Positions 1 through 11,306 of a stretch of DNA of 64,000 bases are shown here, piece after piece. This stretch comes from Bispira polyomma (taxonomy: Eukaryota). The position numbers were made by a program, and so were the translations under genes. Numbering within the stretch: position 1 is the first letter of the stretch; each line of letters begins with the position of its first letter. The notes under the pieces are model-generated. The model did no database searches. It saw only the letters and a list, made by a program, of their open reading frames with translations, and was not told where the DNA came from. The stretch spans positions 22,754,001 through 22,818,000 of the forward strand of contig OZ287751.1 in NCBI GenBank assembly GCA_965649765.1. Direction: 5' to 3'.

Positions 1-93
1 AATCATAGAATAAGATAAGATTAACTAGAGTAGTGTGACCTCTGAAACGAAAAGACACTAGCTCTAGTTATCAGTGTCATACTTTATCTAACA

Positions 94-260
94 CTGTCGC
101 CTAGTGGGTGACACACTTTTTTACTTGGAACCTTGGTTTGATCCCAGCTTGGGGTAATCAGGTACAGGCAGATAGTGGCTCGGATAACCATTCAAAATGG
201 CAGTCCTCTGTCACTGGGTCCTAGCCCCAGTGGCTGGGTAATACCCCTGTTCCACAATGG
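94..260 (+). mobile_element. Degenerate tRNA-derived SINE
   Basis: A-box-like TCGCCTAGTGGG and B-box-like GGTTTGATCCC; homologous by eye to the minus-strand copy at 40730-40860 (shared CAGGTAyAGGCAGATA). Confidence 0.55.
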
Positions 261-1773
261 CCCCAACCATTACAATTATGTGTTCAGGCCATACTCTGGG
301 ATATAATTGGGAAGGTTGTTAAAGTCGTAAGACTTATCTTTGATATTTGAGAGACTCAGTGTCCTTCAGTGACATGTTTGAAACCCTCTGCGAGTGGGTG
401 ATCATCGACCAAAAGTCATAGCCTTCCAAGGATCTATCTTTTACTCCAATGACTTATCTTTTGATAAAAAGACTTATCTTTTCCATCCATTGACTTATCT
501 TTTTGAATCAGCTATTCCAAGGACCAAAATCTCTGTGACATTATGGAAGGCATAATTAACTACAGCAGAGGGTGACCTTTGAAGCACAAGTCTGTTGTGA
601 TGTGATCACTTTAGGATGCCAGCTTATGTGACAGGGAAATACAAAGCAAAATATAAACAGTCATATGTTAAAAAAGTAGTTTGCGATGACCTTACCAATG
701 CATATATTTTAAACTGACTTTTTTACTAACATGTATCCTCACAGCATTGAACGTTACATGCACGCATAGTGGTGTGATGTTGAATTAATTCAAAGTTCAA
801 AAAACAAAAACAAATATGTAGGCTTTTTTATGTTATGTAAGTATTTGTAAAGGTAGTCGAATACTTTTAAAAAGTATTTGTATTCGAATACTTTTGGTTT
901 TCATGTATTTGTAAGCATAACATTTATGAATCCACACCTGGTGACCTCTGACCGATTAGCCCAAGTCAAATTACTTCTACAGGTAGACATTTTCACTGGG
1001 GAGTTATTTTAGCTGATTTCTTAGCAGAAGTCTGTTTAATGGTTGACAAAATATATTCTAAATAAACAGTCTTCATTAAAATTGTATAATACAGAGCTGG
1101 AAATATAAATACCCTTGAATTTCTTCAGAAAATACAAAATGTATTTTAATATATTATGGCTAAATTGTCCAATTACACAGTGTCATTGCCACTTTAAGTC
1201 CAGACCCATACAGTAAGAGCTTTAGACTCAGCCAATTCTGACAATTAGTAGGAGCCATTTTGAAGCACACTGAATAAAAAAATAACAGCATCAATTTGCA
1301 ATTCTGGATAAAAAAAAACAAATATTGTAGGTTAGTTTTGCCATGATGGTATCACTAATGCATTAATAGCAATCATTTAAGATGGAAAAGAAGTGTCATG
1401 CAAAATGTTACTAGATCATATATGATTGAGTACACTTCAACGTTAATTACTGTATGAAAGGAAGCTGGCAATACTGTAAAAGTGAATATTTTTTCGTAAA
1501 AATTGTGCTGTAATTTATTTTTACTGTTACTAACTTTCACAGATAATAGAGGATCCATCCAATTTGAATGAAGCTTAATAATAATTAAATTCCACTATCC
1601 ATGTTCAATTGAGAAAATTGCTGAAAATATTATATTGTATATTATGTGTTTTGTAACAGTTTCCAGGGTCAAAGTTTGTTATGGGAGGTGACAGGATTAA
1701 AGGGTATTGTAAGGGTGGCAGTTCAGTTTGAAAACCGAAAGATGAAATTATATGATGTGAAATGAAAAGACAA

Positions 1774-2036
1774 TGTTTGTGGTTAAAACCACTTGTCAGT
1801 AGAAAACAAATATTTAGTTTAAAATGGCCTTGCAGTTGAATTAGGCTAGTGTGGCCTGAAAGCATGTGCAGACTTAGAGTAATTCATTTGGTGGAAAATG
1901 TAAAGGTGTAGTAAATATAATGTGAATGTGGCATAATGTGATTGGTGGAAAGGGGTCAGGGGTTTTCCTTGGTCAGTGCTGTACAATATCACTTCAGTGT
2001 GAGATTGGACTTCCAAAGGAAAATGTCTTCAAATTC
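1774..2036 (+). repeat. E1 split direct repeat A1 (263 bp)
   Basis: Matches 7211-7473 with about 2 substitutions seen. Confidence 0.95.
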
Positions 2037-2202
2037 TAACAGCAGGGCGCGGCTTGTTGGGCATAATTGCTCTTTAATATAACCTAGAGTATCAAGTTGA
2101 CAAATGTTATAAGTGCTTTTATAAATTTTACCAGAATTCACTTGATATTCTAAACAAGCCAGGTTCTGCTGTCGGGGGAGGAAGATTGTTATTATTTCCA
2201 GT

Positions 2203-3251
2203 ATGGCCACGTTTTTTTGCCGACGTTGTGATCTACTGGGGAAGGAAGCCAAGCACGCAAGACCCGTTGGGAGAAAGTGTCGCCTCAACATTTCTGCTCC
2301 ACTAGGTGAAAGGGACAACCAGCCCAGCGACGATTCTGTAGCAGGAGCTGTTGGGGGAGTGGAGACCTTTTCACCACGTGCCACGAGAGAGGATCCATTA
2401 GCAGTAATCTTGGCTAAGATACAGGCCCTTGAGGAGAACAATAAACATATTGAAGTTAAACTAGATAGTGCTCCGTTTGAACAATCTGTGGGAATGTCTC
2501 ATAGTTCTCCTAAACAGAAACACCGGTGTGAACGTGTTTGTCGGGACAGAAATGCCAGAAGGACTTTTGCTCATTCACACGTGGCGGATGAGGAGGACTG
2601 CATATTACCGGACGCCCAGTTTCTACGGGAGGACGACTTTGTGCAAGCTCAGGTGCAACAACAATTGCTTCGTCTTCAAGGGAAAAAACGAGACACAGGT
2701 ACGAAATCTGTTTTATTTCGGGTGAATGAACCCAGGCGTAAGATTGAGGTCCCATGGCCCCATGAGTATTGCTATACAGGTCAAAATGGTAAAAACCCCC
2801 AATATGAGGATTTAAGTCCATGCCAATTCATAGTCGGGTATGTAGCGTGCTTGCAAGAAGAAAAAAAACTCAATCTTGCAAAGATAACATGTTAGAATAT
2901 CTCAAATTGCTCATGCAGGATGCGATCGAGACGAATTGGGCTACTGTAAAACGTGCACATAGCATGCTACTCCAGACTATGGAGCGGGGTAAATGTAATT
3001 GGGATGATTTTGAGTCCATAGACAAAATCAGAATGAGATGCACTCAACGTACATTTCAAAGTAATGACAACCAATAGTGGGGGAAATATGGTGCTCAAAA
3101 CAGCAAGAAAGAAGTAATTTGTTCAAAATTCAACAATAATACTTGCACGTACCAGGCTGACCATCCTGAAGGTAGCAATTGGGCATAACATGCTTGCTCC
3201 TATTGTTTTAGTCTGTCTAAAATACAGGGAAAAGAAAGAAACACTGTGTAG
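2203..3251 (+). pseudogene. E1 gag-like ORF1 (frameshift at A-run ~2861-2868, internal stops)
   Basis: N-terminal CRRC..H..P...C knuckle, coiled-coil segment, WP motif, W...K.AH..LL..ME.G...W.D block shared with E2/E3, and a truncated C-terminal Cys/His finger (CSKFNNNTC...HACSYC). Confidence 0.85.
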
Positions 3252-5992
3252 TAAGACAAAATAGTAGTAGAATTAACAAGTTTATCACTAGAGAAAATAA
3301 TTTTAATATTATTAAACAGCTACAATCTAAAGATAATGTATGCAGAAAAAGTGATTGGCTTCATAGCCTTTCATTAACAAAAACTAACGTTTTTGATGAC
3401 AACTTTGAAAATTGTTTTAGTTTTAATATTAATAGCAGCATAGATGCTGACAGCAATGTTAATTCTGCTATTAAATTGAAAGTTAATAGTCAGGCCGCAT
3501 GTTTGAATGGCCATAACAATGGCACAAACAATGGCACAAATGTTTTTTCACGGATTTACAGTCGTGATCAATGTCAAGATAGTTCTGTATATAATGCTGG
3601 AGCTGTCAACCAGGTTGACAGGGTAGTTGATACAATTGTGTATATGACTGATGATTGGTGTAAAACTGAGCGTCGAATCTCACACTATATAGTTAAGAAC
3701 TCGCAAAGCGATTTTAAATGGGATTTTACAAATTGTGATTTTAGTGTTACTCGTAGTCAAAATACTGAGGTGTCAACACAGATTTATAATATGTTAAATA
3801 ACAACGAGTTCAATTATACATATGAAGGCAATGTCTATCCAGTCTCTGATTTGGAATATTCTAGTGCTAGAATTTTACATGACAGTACCTCTGTGTTTGA
3901 AGAGGACAGTATTGCACACTATTCATATGTATTACACTCAAACATAACAGATTCTCAAATCAGCTGTTCCATTCACACACACAACGTGTGTAGCACTCCC
4001 ACGTGCACAGACTTGGTACTTTGTCCCACATCTAGCTCAGACTATAAATTATCTGGGTCAATACATGGGGATGTTACGAGTCAAACAGAAAGGTCTCAGC
4101 CTTTTACAACAAATCACACCTTTTGGGCTGTTGGGGTTCTTGCACCTAATAGTACACCAGAAAACATGAACACTGATCACAATCGCTCACTCCTCTCGGG
4201 TGATACAGAAATAAAACCTATTCAATTCAATTCAAGCTTGTTCAATAGACAGGAACATATAATTTCTAGGGAAGTGGGCTTTATAGCTGACTTCATTCCC
4301 AGAACATTGTCTTTATATGATGTAAACATCATTGAAACAAAAACACTTCATGAATGGGTACATATGGCGCATAACATGGTAGTACACACAGGTGTTCCTA
4401 ATTATATGCAAGCACGCATTGAGGTACCTTCAGATTTAAACATAGCCAACTGGAAGACTCTTATGAAAAATCACCCTGATTTTATACTTACACAGTATCT
4501 TCAGTTTGGATTTCCTTTAGGTATCGATAAGCATAATCTCACATATAATACACAAGTTGACAATCACACATCAGCTAAACAGTTTCCCTTAGATGTGGAT
4601 ATTTATTTGCAAAAAGAATTAAAACATAAAGCCATTATAGGCCCTTGTGATAGTACAATCATAGAAAAATTGCACATATCACCCATGTTATCTAGGCCTA
4701 AGCCTAATTCATCTCGACGGATAATAGTCGACCTAAGTTGGCCCAAGGGCATTTCTGTCAATTCAGCCATAGCAGATGATACTTATGATCACCAAGACTA
4801 TTTACTTAAGTATCCCACAGTGGATGACATAGTCAATAAAATAGCACATATGGGTTCTAATGTACTTCTCTATAAGGCAGACATAAGCCGAGCATTTAGA
4901 AATCTTAGGTTGGATCCTCGGGATTATGACGTCATGGGCGTCACGCATCGCGGTCACACGTATATAGATTTAAGTATTGCGTTTGGCCTCAAAACAGAAA
5001 GTGCCTTATGCCAGCACGTCACGAACGTGGTGCGTGATGTCATGACGTCACGCGGATTTACTGTGTGGAACTACATAGATGACATCATAGGTGTTCAACG
5101 TTCAGCTGACACAACGCAAGTGTTCCAAACTTTAACTGCTTTATTTCAGTATCTTGGTCTTCCACTAAATCCAGACAAATTAGACCCACCTGCTACTAGT
5201 TTGGTACGCATGGGTATTGATATTAACATCAAAACTGGCCTTATTTCCATACCTCCTGCAAAGCTTGCAGAGATGCAAAATATATGTGAACAGTGGAGAA
5301 ATAAAACACATGCAACTAAAAGGCAATTACAGAGTCTCATAGGTAGACTCATTTACGCTCATAAATGCGTTCAGCCTGCCAGGCTGTTTGTAAATAGAAT
5401 GCTCCATACTCTTAAAAGCACTCCTTCACAGGGGAGAATTGAATTACAGGAAACGTTCTTTCGCGACCTCCATTGGTTCATAGAGTTTATAGCTGAATTT
5501 AATGGTAAAGTTGTTTTTAAACATAGAAAGTTTCAAATTTACTTGTATGTGGATGCCTCTCTCACGGGAGTGGGTGCAATCTGGAATGACAATGTTTATG
5601 CAGCTGTTTATCCCTTACACAAAGTACTTGGTCTAACAATTGTACACTTAGAAATCATTAATATCCTTATAGCATTTCAGGTATGGGCTAAACACTTTCA
5701 ACATAACAACATTCAGGTTTGGTGTGACAACATGGCAGTTGTCCATGCATTAAATTCTGGTTGAATGCATGATGCATATCTAATGGCTTGTGCTCGCACT
5801 CTTTGGAGTTTAGCAGCCAAATATGACATTACAGTTCAATATGTACACATTTATGGCACTGCTAACAAGTATGCAGATTGCTTATCCAGATGGTATTCAC
5901 CGAAGGTGGATCAATCTTTGGTTCCTTACTTAACACAGTGTGTATGGTGGCCTACTGAAGAGGATTTATTTGAACCTAATTTTATGATTTAA
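3221..5992 (+). pseudogene. E1 pol: N/S/T-rich leader, reverse transcriptase, RNase H (one in-frame TGA at 5762-5764)
   Basis: RRIIVDLS, KADISRAFR, YIDD, YVDASLTGVG, HLEIIN, WCDNMAVV, NKYADCLSRW motifs; frame is open from 3221. Confidence 0.95.
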
Positions 5993-6001
5993 ATTTTGTA
6001 G

Positions 6002-6985
6002 GTTCCCCCTTGGGAAATATGCTGCTTAACAACGCTGATACCAGACTTCATAATGCACTCCGTCCTCAACGGCTGCAGCTTATAAAGGCAAATTTTCATT
6101 TTTTATAGCTTTTTCTATACAATTTCAAGTTCCTATGCATTCCTTGGACACTGTATTCATGTTTTTGGAGTATCTCGTCACCCAAAACAACTCTGCAAGT
6201 TCGTTGCAAAACTACGTTTCTGTTTTGAGATACTATGCTCAATTGCATGACTTACCTCATGCCCATCTGGCCCACAAGAAAAAATCTCTGTTTATTAAGT
6301 CTGTGACAAATAACACACCTTATAAAGCAAAGCTAAAAGGGGTTTTCAGTGTTACAAACATTTTGGACATATCTAAGCAGTGTGATCACATAATGCATGG
6401 TATCACGTACAGAGCTATTTTCTTGATGGCTTATTATCGTTTCTTCAGACTCTCAAATATCGTACCAAACTCCATGTTTGGTTTTGATATCACACGGCAT
6501 TTTACTGTTGGTGACTTAATTTTTGCTCATCCTGGTGTGCATGTTTTAGTCAAATGGCATAAAGCAATGCAAGCTGCCAATCAATCTCAAGTGGTGCAAC
6601 TTCCTTCTATTGGTAATGCTTACCTTTGCCCGGTCACAGCTTTGAAAACTTTAATACAGTTTCATAGCAACATCAACCCCTTTTTGTTGTTAGCAGGGGT
6701 TCATCTCTTCTTCCTATCACTGCTTGCAAAGTACGTTCTACTTTGGCTAGTATTTTGGATAAACTTAATCTACCTTATGCTTCGTTTGGATTTCACGCTT
6801 TTAGGCGCTCGAGAGCGTCATTCGCTTTTAATCATAAAGTGCAAATGCAAAACATCAAAGCTCATTGGGGACGAAGGAGCGATGCCATTTGGCACTATCT
6901 CCAGTCTACTCCTCTAGCAGCATCTGTAGTACCTAAAGCATTTCAACAACATATCAACATCCCTACATTAGGTTTGGGAAATTGA
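6002..6985 (+). pseudogene. E1 tyrosine recombinase (frameshifts near 6067 and ~6670-6740)
   Basis: Core-binding helix SLQNYVSVLR, catalytic R (FFRLSN), CPV, HAFRR and SDAIWHY. Confidence 0.93.
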
Positions 6986-7210
6986 TGTCATAAATAAATG
7001 TATTAACATTTTAGTCTAACAACTTAGATATTTGTACAGTTAACAGTACTAAAATATTTTTTAAAATAAAAATTCCCAAAATTGTTAATTATTGTTGTTG
7101 TCTCATATGGTTATATTACCAATCAACAATCATCATCAGCACCCAGTAATACTTTAAATGGCTAATTTCATTAAGTTTAAGTTTCTAATAGCATATTTAA
7201 TTGTAGACTG
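6975..7210 (+). repeat. E1 split direct repeat B1
   Basis: Near-identical to 7836-8074; directly abuts A2. Confidence 0.93.
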
Positions 7211-7473
7211 TGTTTGTGGTTAAAACCACTTGTCAGTAGAAAACAAATATTTAGTTTAAAATGGCCTTGCAGTTGAATTAGGCTAGTGTGGCCTGAAAGC
7301 ATGTGCAGACTTAGAGTAATTCATTTGGTGGAAAATGTAAAGGTGTAGTAAAGATAATGTGAATGTGGCATAATGTGATTGGTGGAAAGGGGTCAGGGGT
7401 TTTCCTTGGTCAGTGCTGTACAATATCACTTCAGTGTGAGATTGGACTTCCAAAGGAAAACGTCTTCAAATTC
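7211..7473 (+). repeat. E1 split direct repeat A2
   Basis: Copy of 1774-2036. Confidence 0.95.
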
Positions 7474-7835
7474 CCCACCCTCCCACAACCATTGATATTA
7501 ACAGTTGTTGCACTTTGTTTTTGAGGTACACATGATGACACAAGAACTGAGGACATTGATACAGATATCTCTGGATTCTCTGGAGCAGAATTTCTTGGAT
7601 TGCTGTACATTCACTTGGTGCAGTATTTCTCACTTTGTATGGATAGGATTTACACATTTCTCTGGAATTATCTCTGGATTGGGACTATTTCTAAAGCAGG
7701 ATGGGTGCATCTTAAAAGAACTGATGAAGAACTATATAAAACATTTTCACCTATAGACATAGCTGGGCCTTTTACTATTTTAGTAAAAAGCTATTTTTAA
7801 TTATTATTTTCACAAAATATCTTGTACGCTTCACA

Positions 7836-8074
7836 TGGGAAATTAATGTCATAAATAAATGTATTAACATTTTAGTCTAACATTTTAGATATTTGTACAG
7901 TTAACAGTACTAAAATATTTTTTTAAATAAAAATTCCCAAAGTTGTTAATTATTGTTGTTGTCTCATATGGTTATATTACCAATCAACAATCATCATCAT
8001 CATCACCCAGTAATACTTTAAATGGCTAATTTCAGTAAGTTTAAGTTTTTAATAGCATATTTGATTGTAGACTG
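7836..8074 (+). repeat. E1 split direct repeat B2 (3' terminus)
   Basis: Copy of 6975-7210 with a few substitutions and one extra CAT unit. Confidence 0.93.
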
Positions 8075-8603
8075 AAACTGTATCAAAGGCAAAGGAAGAC
8101 ATAATACAGGTAAGTTCAGAATGACCTTTTGTGGTCAGCAACAAGTTAAAATAAAAAGAAATGGTTTGGACTTTTATTTCTGTAGATGAAAGTATTTATA
8201 CATATACACAACAAAATGTACGTTAAACAAAAACTAATTTTAGACTTTGAAAAAATAAAATTGTGAAATAGATGATCACTAGCGTGTGGCAAGTAACCAC
8301 TGGACTAGTCCACAAAACTTGCAAAACATAAATGTAAATGTAATGTTTCTTTCCAAGTGTTGTACAGTTTTAAAGCGCAGCCTGGGTCCTTCCACTTGGG
8401 TGGAAAAAACTGTGAATTTTGGTAAGTAAGCCAATATAGTCACAAAAATCTCAATTTCAGCAAATATTGCCTATAATTCTACCAAAAAGACAACATTTTC
8501 TAGGTGGCGAACTTCAGATATGCTGGCAAATTTTAGATTGCTTACTCTATCCCTATGCAAGCATTGGAAGTATGTGATAAAAAGTTACAGAACAGGGGAC
8601 CAG

Positions 8604-8994
8604 GGGCTGTACTTACAAAAGGGCTAAGTGTATGTCTCCACAAGTACCATCTATCCTTTGCGATAAAAACTTGTGGTTTTTTGTCTTCACAGGTGCGATT
8701 TAAAATATATACATCAAGCCAATTTTGGCGCCAACATTTAATATGGATTGAATGTCATGACATCACTATCTGTGCCGTTTTATTCTGTGTGATGAAAAAC
8801 ATTTCCGCTCCTGTAGTGAAAACGCTTATCGCAATCGCAAATAGGATAGTGCATTCATGTGTGTAGAAACAGTTCCTTTAAAAAAGGGAAAAGGTACTTG
8901 CCGAGACATAGACTTAAGTCTCGACATTGTCCTAAATCTAAGACAAATTTCTATTAGATCTAACTGGCAGCTTAGCGATTGGTGAATACTGCCC
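8604..8994. mobile_element. MITE with GGGCTrGTATTCAC-type ends (Harbinger-like)
   Basis: Ends GGGCTGTACTTAC / GGTGAATACTGCCC with CAG/TAG flanks; internal inverted repeat CTATCCTTTGCGAT / ATCGCAAATAGGATAG; similar ends at 29867-30115, ~39582 and 40445-40590. Confidence 0.55.
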
Positions 8995-9071
8995 TAGCCT
9001 AATATATGTACAAACTATACCTCCCTAATCATCAGGAATAACAATTAAAAATTGCACACAGTAGATACATT

Positions 9072-9710
9072 AAGTGGTGATTCCACAGTCAAGTTTAATC
9101 GGCAAAATGGGCCCAATTTTAAAGTCGGGAAGGTCGGGGCAAAAAAATCAAAAAATGAATTTTTGGGTGGGAAAATTATAATGTGGGATGGACTTCCGGA
9201 TTGAACGGGACACTGACCCCGATTTTACTCGAACTAAGATAGTATTGAACTTACTGGTGATAGGATCTGATGTATCGCCCTAGGATTGAACATATCACCA
9301 ATAGGATCTGACGGATTTAGATCCCCGACAATAAAGATCGAACATATAAAAGTCAAAGTCAGGACTGTTATGGTAATATATAGATGACAAAATAAGATTA
9401 TTGCAACTGAAATAAAAGAAATAATACCTGTTTAGACCTCATTTTGATAAAAGTTTGTTGTAAATAACAGCAAATAATTTTATCACCAATAGGATCAAAC
9501 TTATTCGCAGAAGGCGACCTTCCTGTTTTTAGAGGTCGGGGACACAAGTCGGGACACTTTTACAAAATATCAAACATGTTTGATATTCTTCCCGACTTTC
9601 CAGACCACCCAGTTTTCAGGCCCCGATCTATACCTTTCGCCGCTTTTCCTGTTAACGATCACAAAGCTGGAAAGGTCGCGAACCAAAACCTGAGTGTGGA
9701 ACCACCACTT
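9072..9710. mobile_element. MITE, copy 1 of family shared with 37096-37803
   Basis: TIRs AAGTGGTGATTCCACAGT / AGTGTGGAACCACCACTT (16/18); homologous to 37096-37803 in the opposite orientation. Confidence 0.75.
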
Positions 9711-11306
9711 TTCTGTGGAGAACTAGAAGTGAGGAACATCCTCCCAAGATTACCATCAGAGCATACAGGTGAAAGGTGAAGAATGACCTTCACAATGTAA
9801 ATACATTTAACCTTGTACAGGTGGACCAAGGTATAAAATTTGTGTATTGTTTTGTTTCCTGTTCAATCACCAATTTTAATATAATGCCACAGGTTGGGGC
9901 TAGTTCAAGTGGAAGAAAGGTGAGATTGAACAGTGACTCGATGGCTCGGATGGGCAGATAGAAGAGACAAGAAATGTGACATAAAACTAGGGTTTAAACT
10001 AGGTGATAATTGTTTTAAACCTTCCTTAGGACCAAGAACTGATCAAGCAGATTTCTGCCGCTGTTTTACTGGTGATTTCTTAAACAATATTTGACACTTA
10101 GTCGGCATAAATAACAAAAGAAAATACTGTAAAAGCATAGGATAAGATATATTTATATTTTACAGCAGTATTCGTGCTGAGCACACTTTATATCTGATAA
10201 AAAAAACTATAAGACTTATCTATTGTGAAAATATCAACACATCTTAACCTGACTTTTTTTAAATACCAATTTAAAATTTTAGCAAAAACTTAATGTTAAC
10301 GTTTTAGGCCTTTTTCCTCATATATGACCATTTCAAACGGTCGTGATTATTTCAAAATATCGAAATATAAAATAATGGACGGTATCAAATTAAATTAATT
10401 TTTTTTTAAATGAAAATGATTTTAAAACAAACAACATCGACTTTCTATTAGTGTTTGACTATTTTTCTCCAAAATATGCTTAAATCAAACACACAAACCA
10501 ACAGACAGAGGTTAAAACATAACCTGCTTTGCGGAGTTAATGCTAAATGATCTGAGGATTGCCTATATACAAATATCTACACATGCTGAGAATAAGCCAT
10601 CATAAACACAGAACAGAAAAGTACATTTTGGAAACTGTATCCGTAAGGTGATGACGTCATTATTCCTAGACAAATGATTTAACTGTTATCAACAGCCCAA
10701 CATAGTTTTAAAGCTATTTTCTCATGTCCCGCCGTCCATAATTGGAGTAAAACCACTATTAATTTTGTTACATATTATTTTATAGCCTTTTTACGCTATA
10801 CTTGAGTCTGGCAAAGTGCTGCTCCTACAAATTATATATCAAACGAAACATCGGTCATAGCCTGACATTTCAGAATAAATGAAAACAGGTCTGAACTGTT
10901 GTTTTTGTTTTGTTGTTTTTGGATATCTTGACAAAAATAGAACTAGGTGACTTCCTGTCAAATCCAAGATGGCCAAACAGTAAAAAGGTCATTAAACAAA
11001 TAGCTTCTGAATGTTTATCTCGGTGAATTAGCTTACGGAATGCATTATAAACTTTCAGTAGTCGTTGCCCTTTAATATATGTGAATGTTCACCAAAGTTA
11101 TAATTGTTTACTACTTTAATAAATTTTAGTTGCAACCCTGTCCATTCTTTTTGTTTCTACCTTAAATACTCTGTAACGAGGAAGCCAGAAATAGGAAAAC
11201 CATTCAATTTATCCCAGACAATCGACGGATACAACTTATGTATTGTAAGAATTTTTGTGCAGTTTGAATCTATATAATTACAATTAAATACAGTTGGACA
11301 CTGGTA

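Larger units (their letters stand above)
1774..8074 (+). mobile_element. YR retrotransposon E1, Ngaro/PAT-like with split direct repeats, full length but inactivated
   Basis: gag, RT (YIDD), RNase H and YR in order, bounded by A1 (1774-2036) and B1-A2-spacer-B2 (6975-8074); no target-site duplication. Confidence 0.95.

Noticed and set aside
1989-2821. Antisense and alternate-frame ORFs over E1 gag (and similar ones over E2, E3 and the GPCR)
   Set aside because: Shadow ORFs of real coding frames, not conserved between elements.
5765-6135. DIRS1-type methyltransferase domain after RNase H
   Set aside because: RH terminates ~30 aa after ADxLSRW and the YR region follows at once; no DLFA or PP motifs.
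7715-7760. Hammerhead ribozyme core (CTGATGA) in the E1 A2-B2 spacer
   Set aside because: No stem II followed by GAAA and no matching stems I/III could be built by eye.
7505-7800. Extra ORF in the E1 spacer (and 56559-56777 in the E3 spacer)
   Set aside because: Short, no recognisable motif and no similarity between the two spacers.
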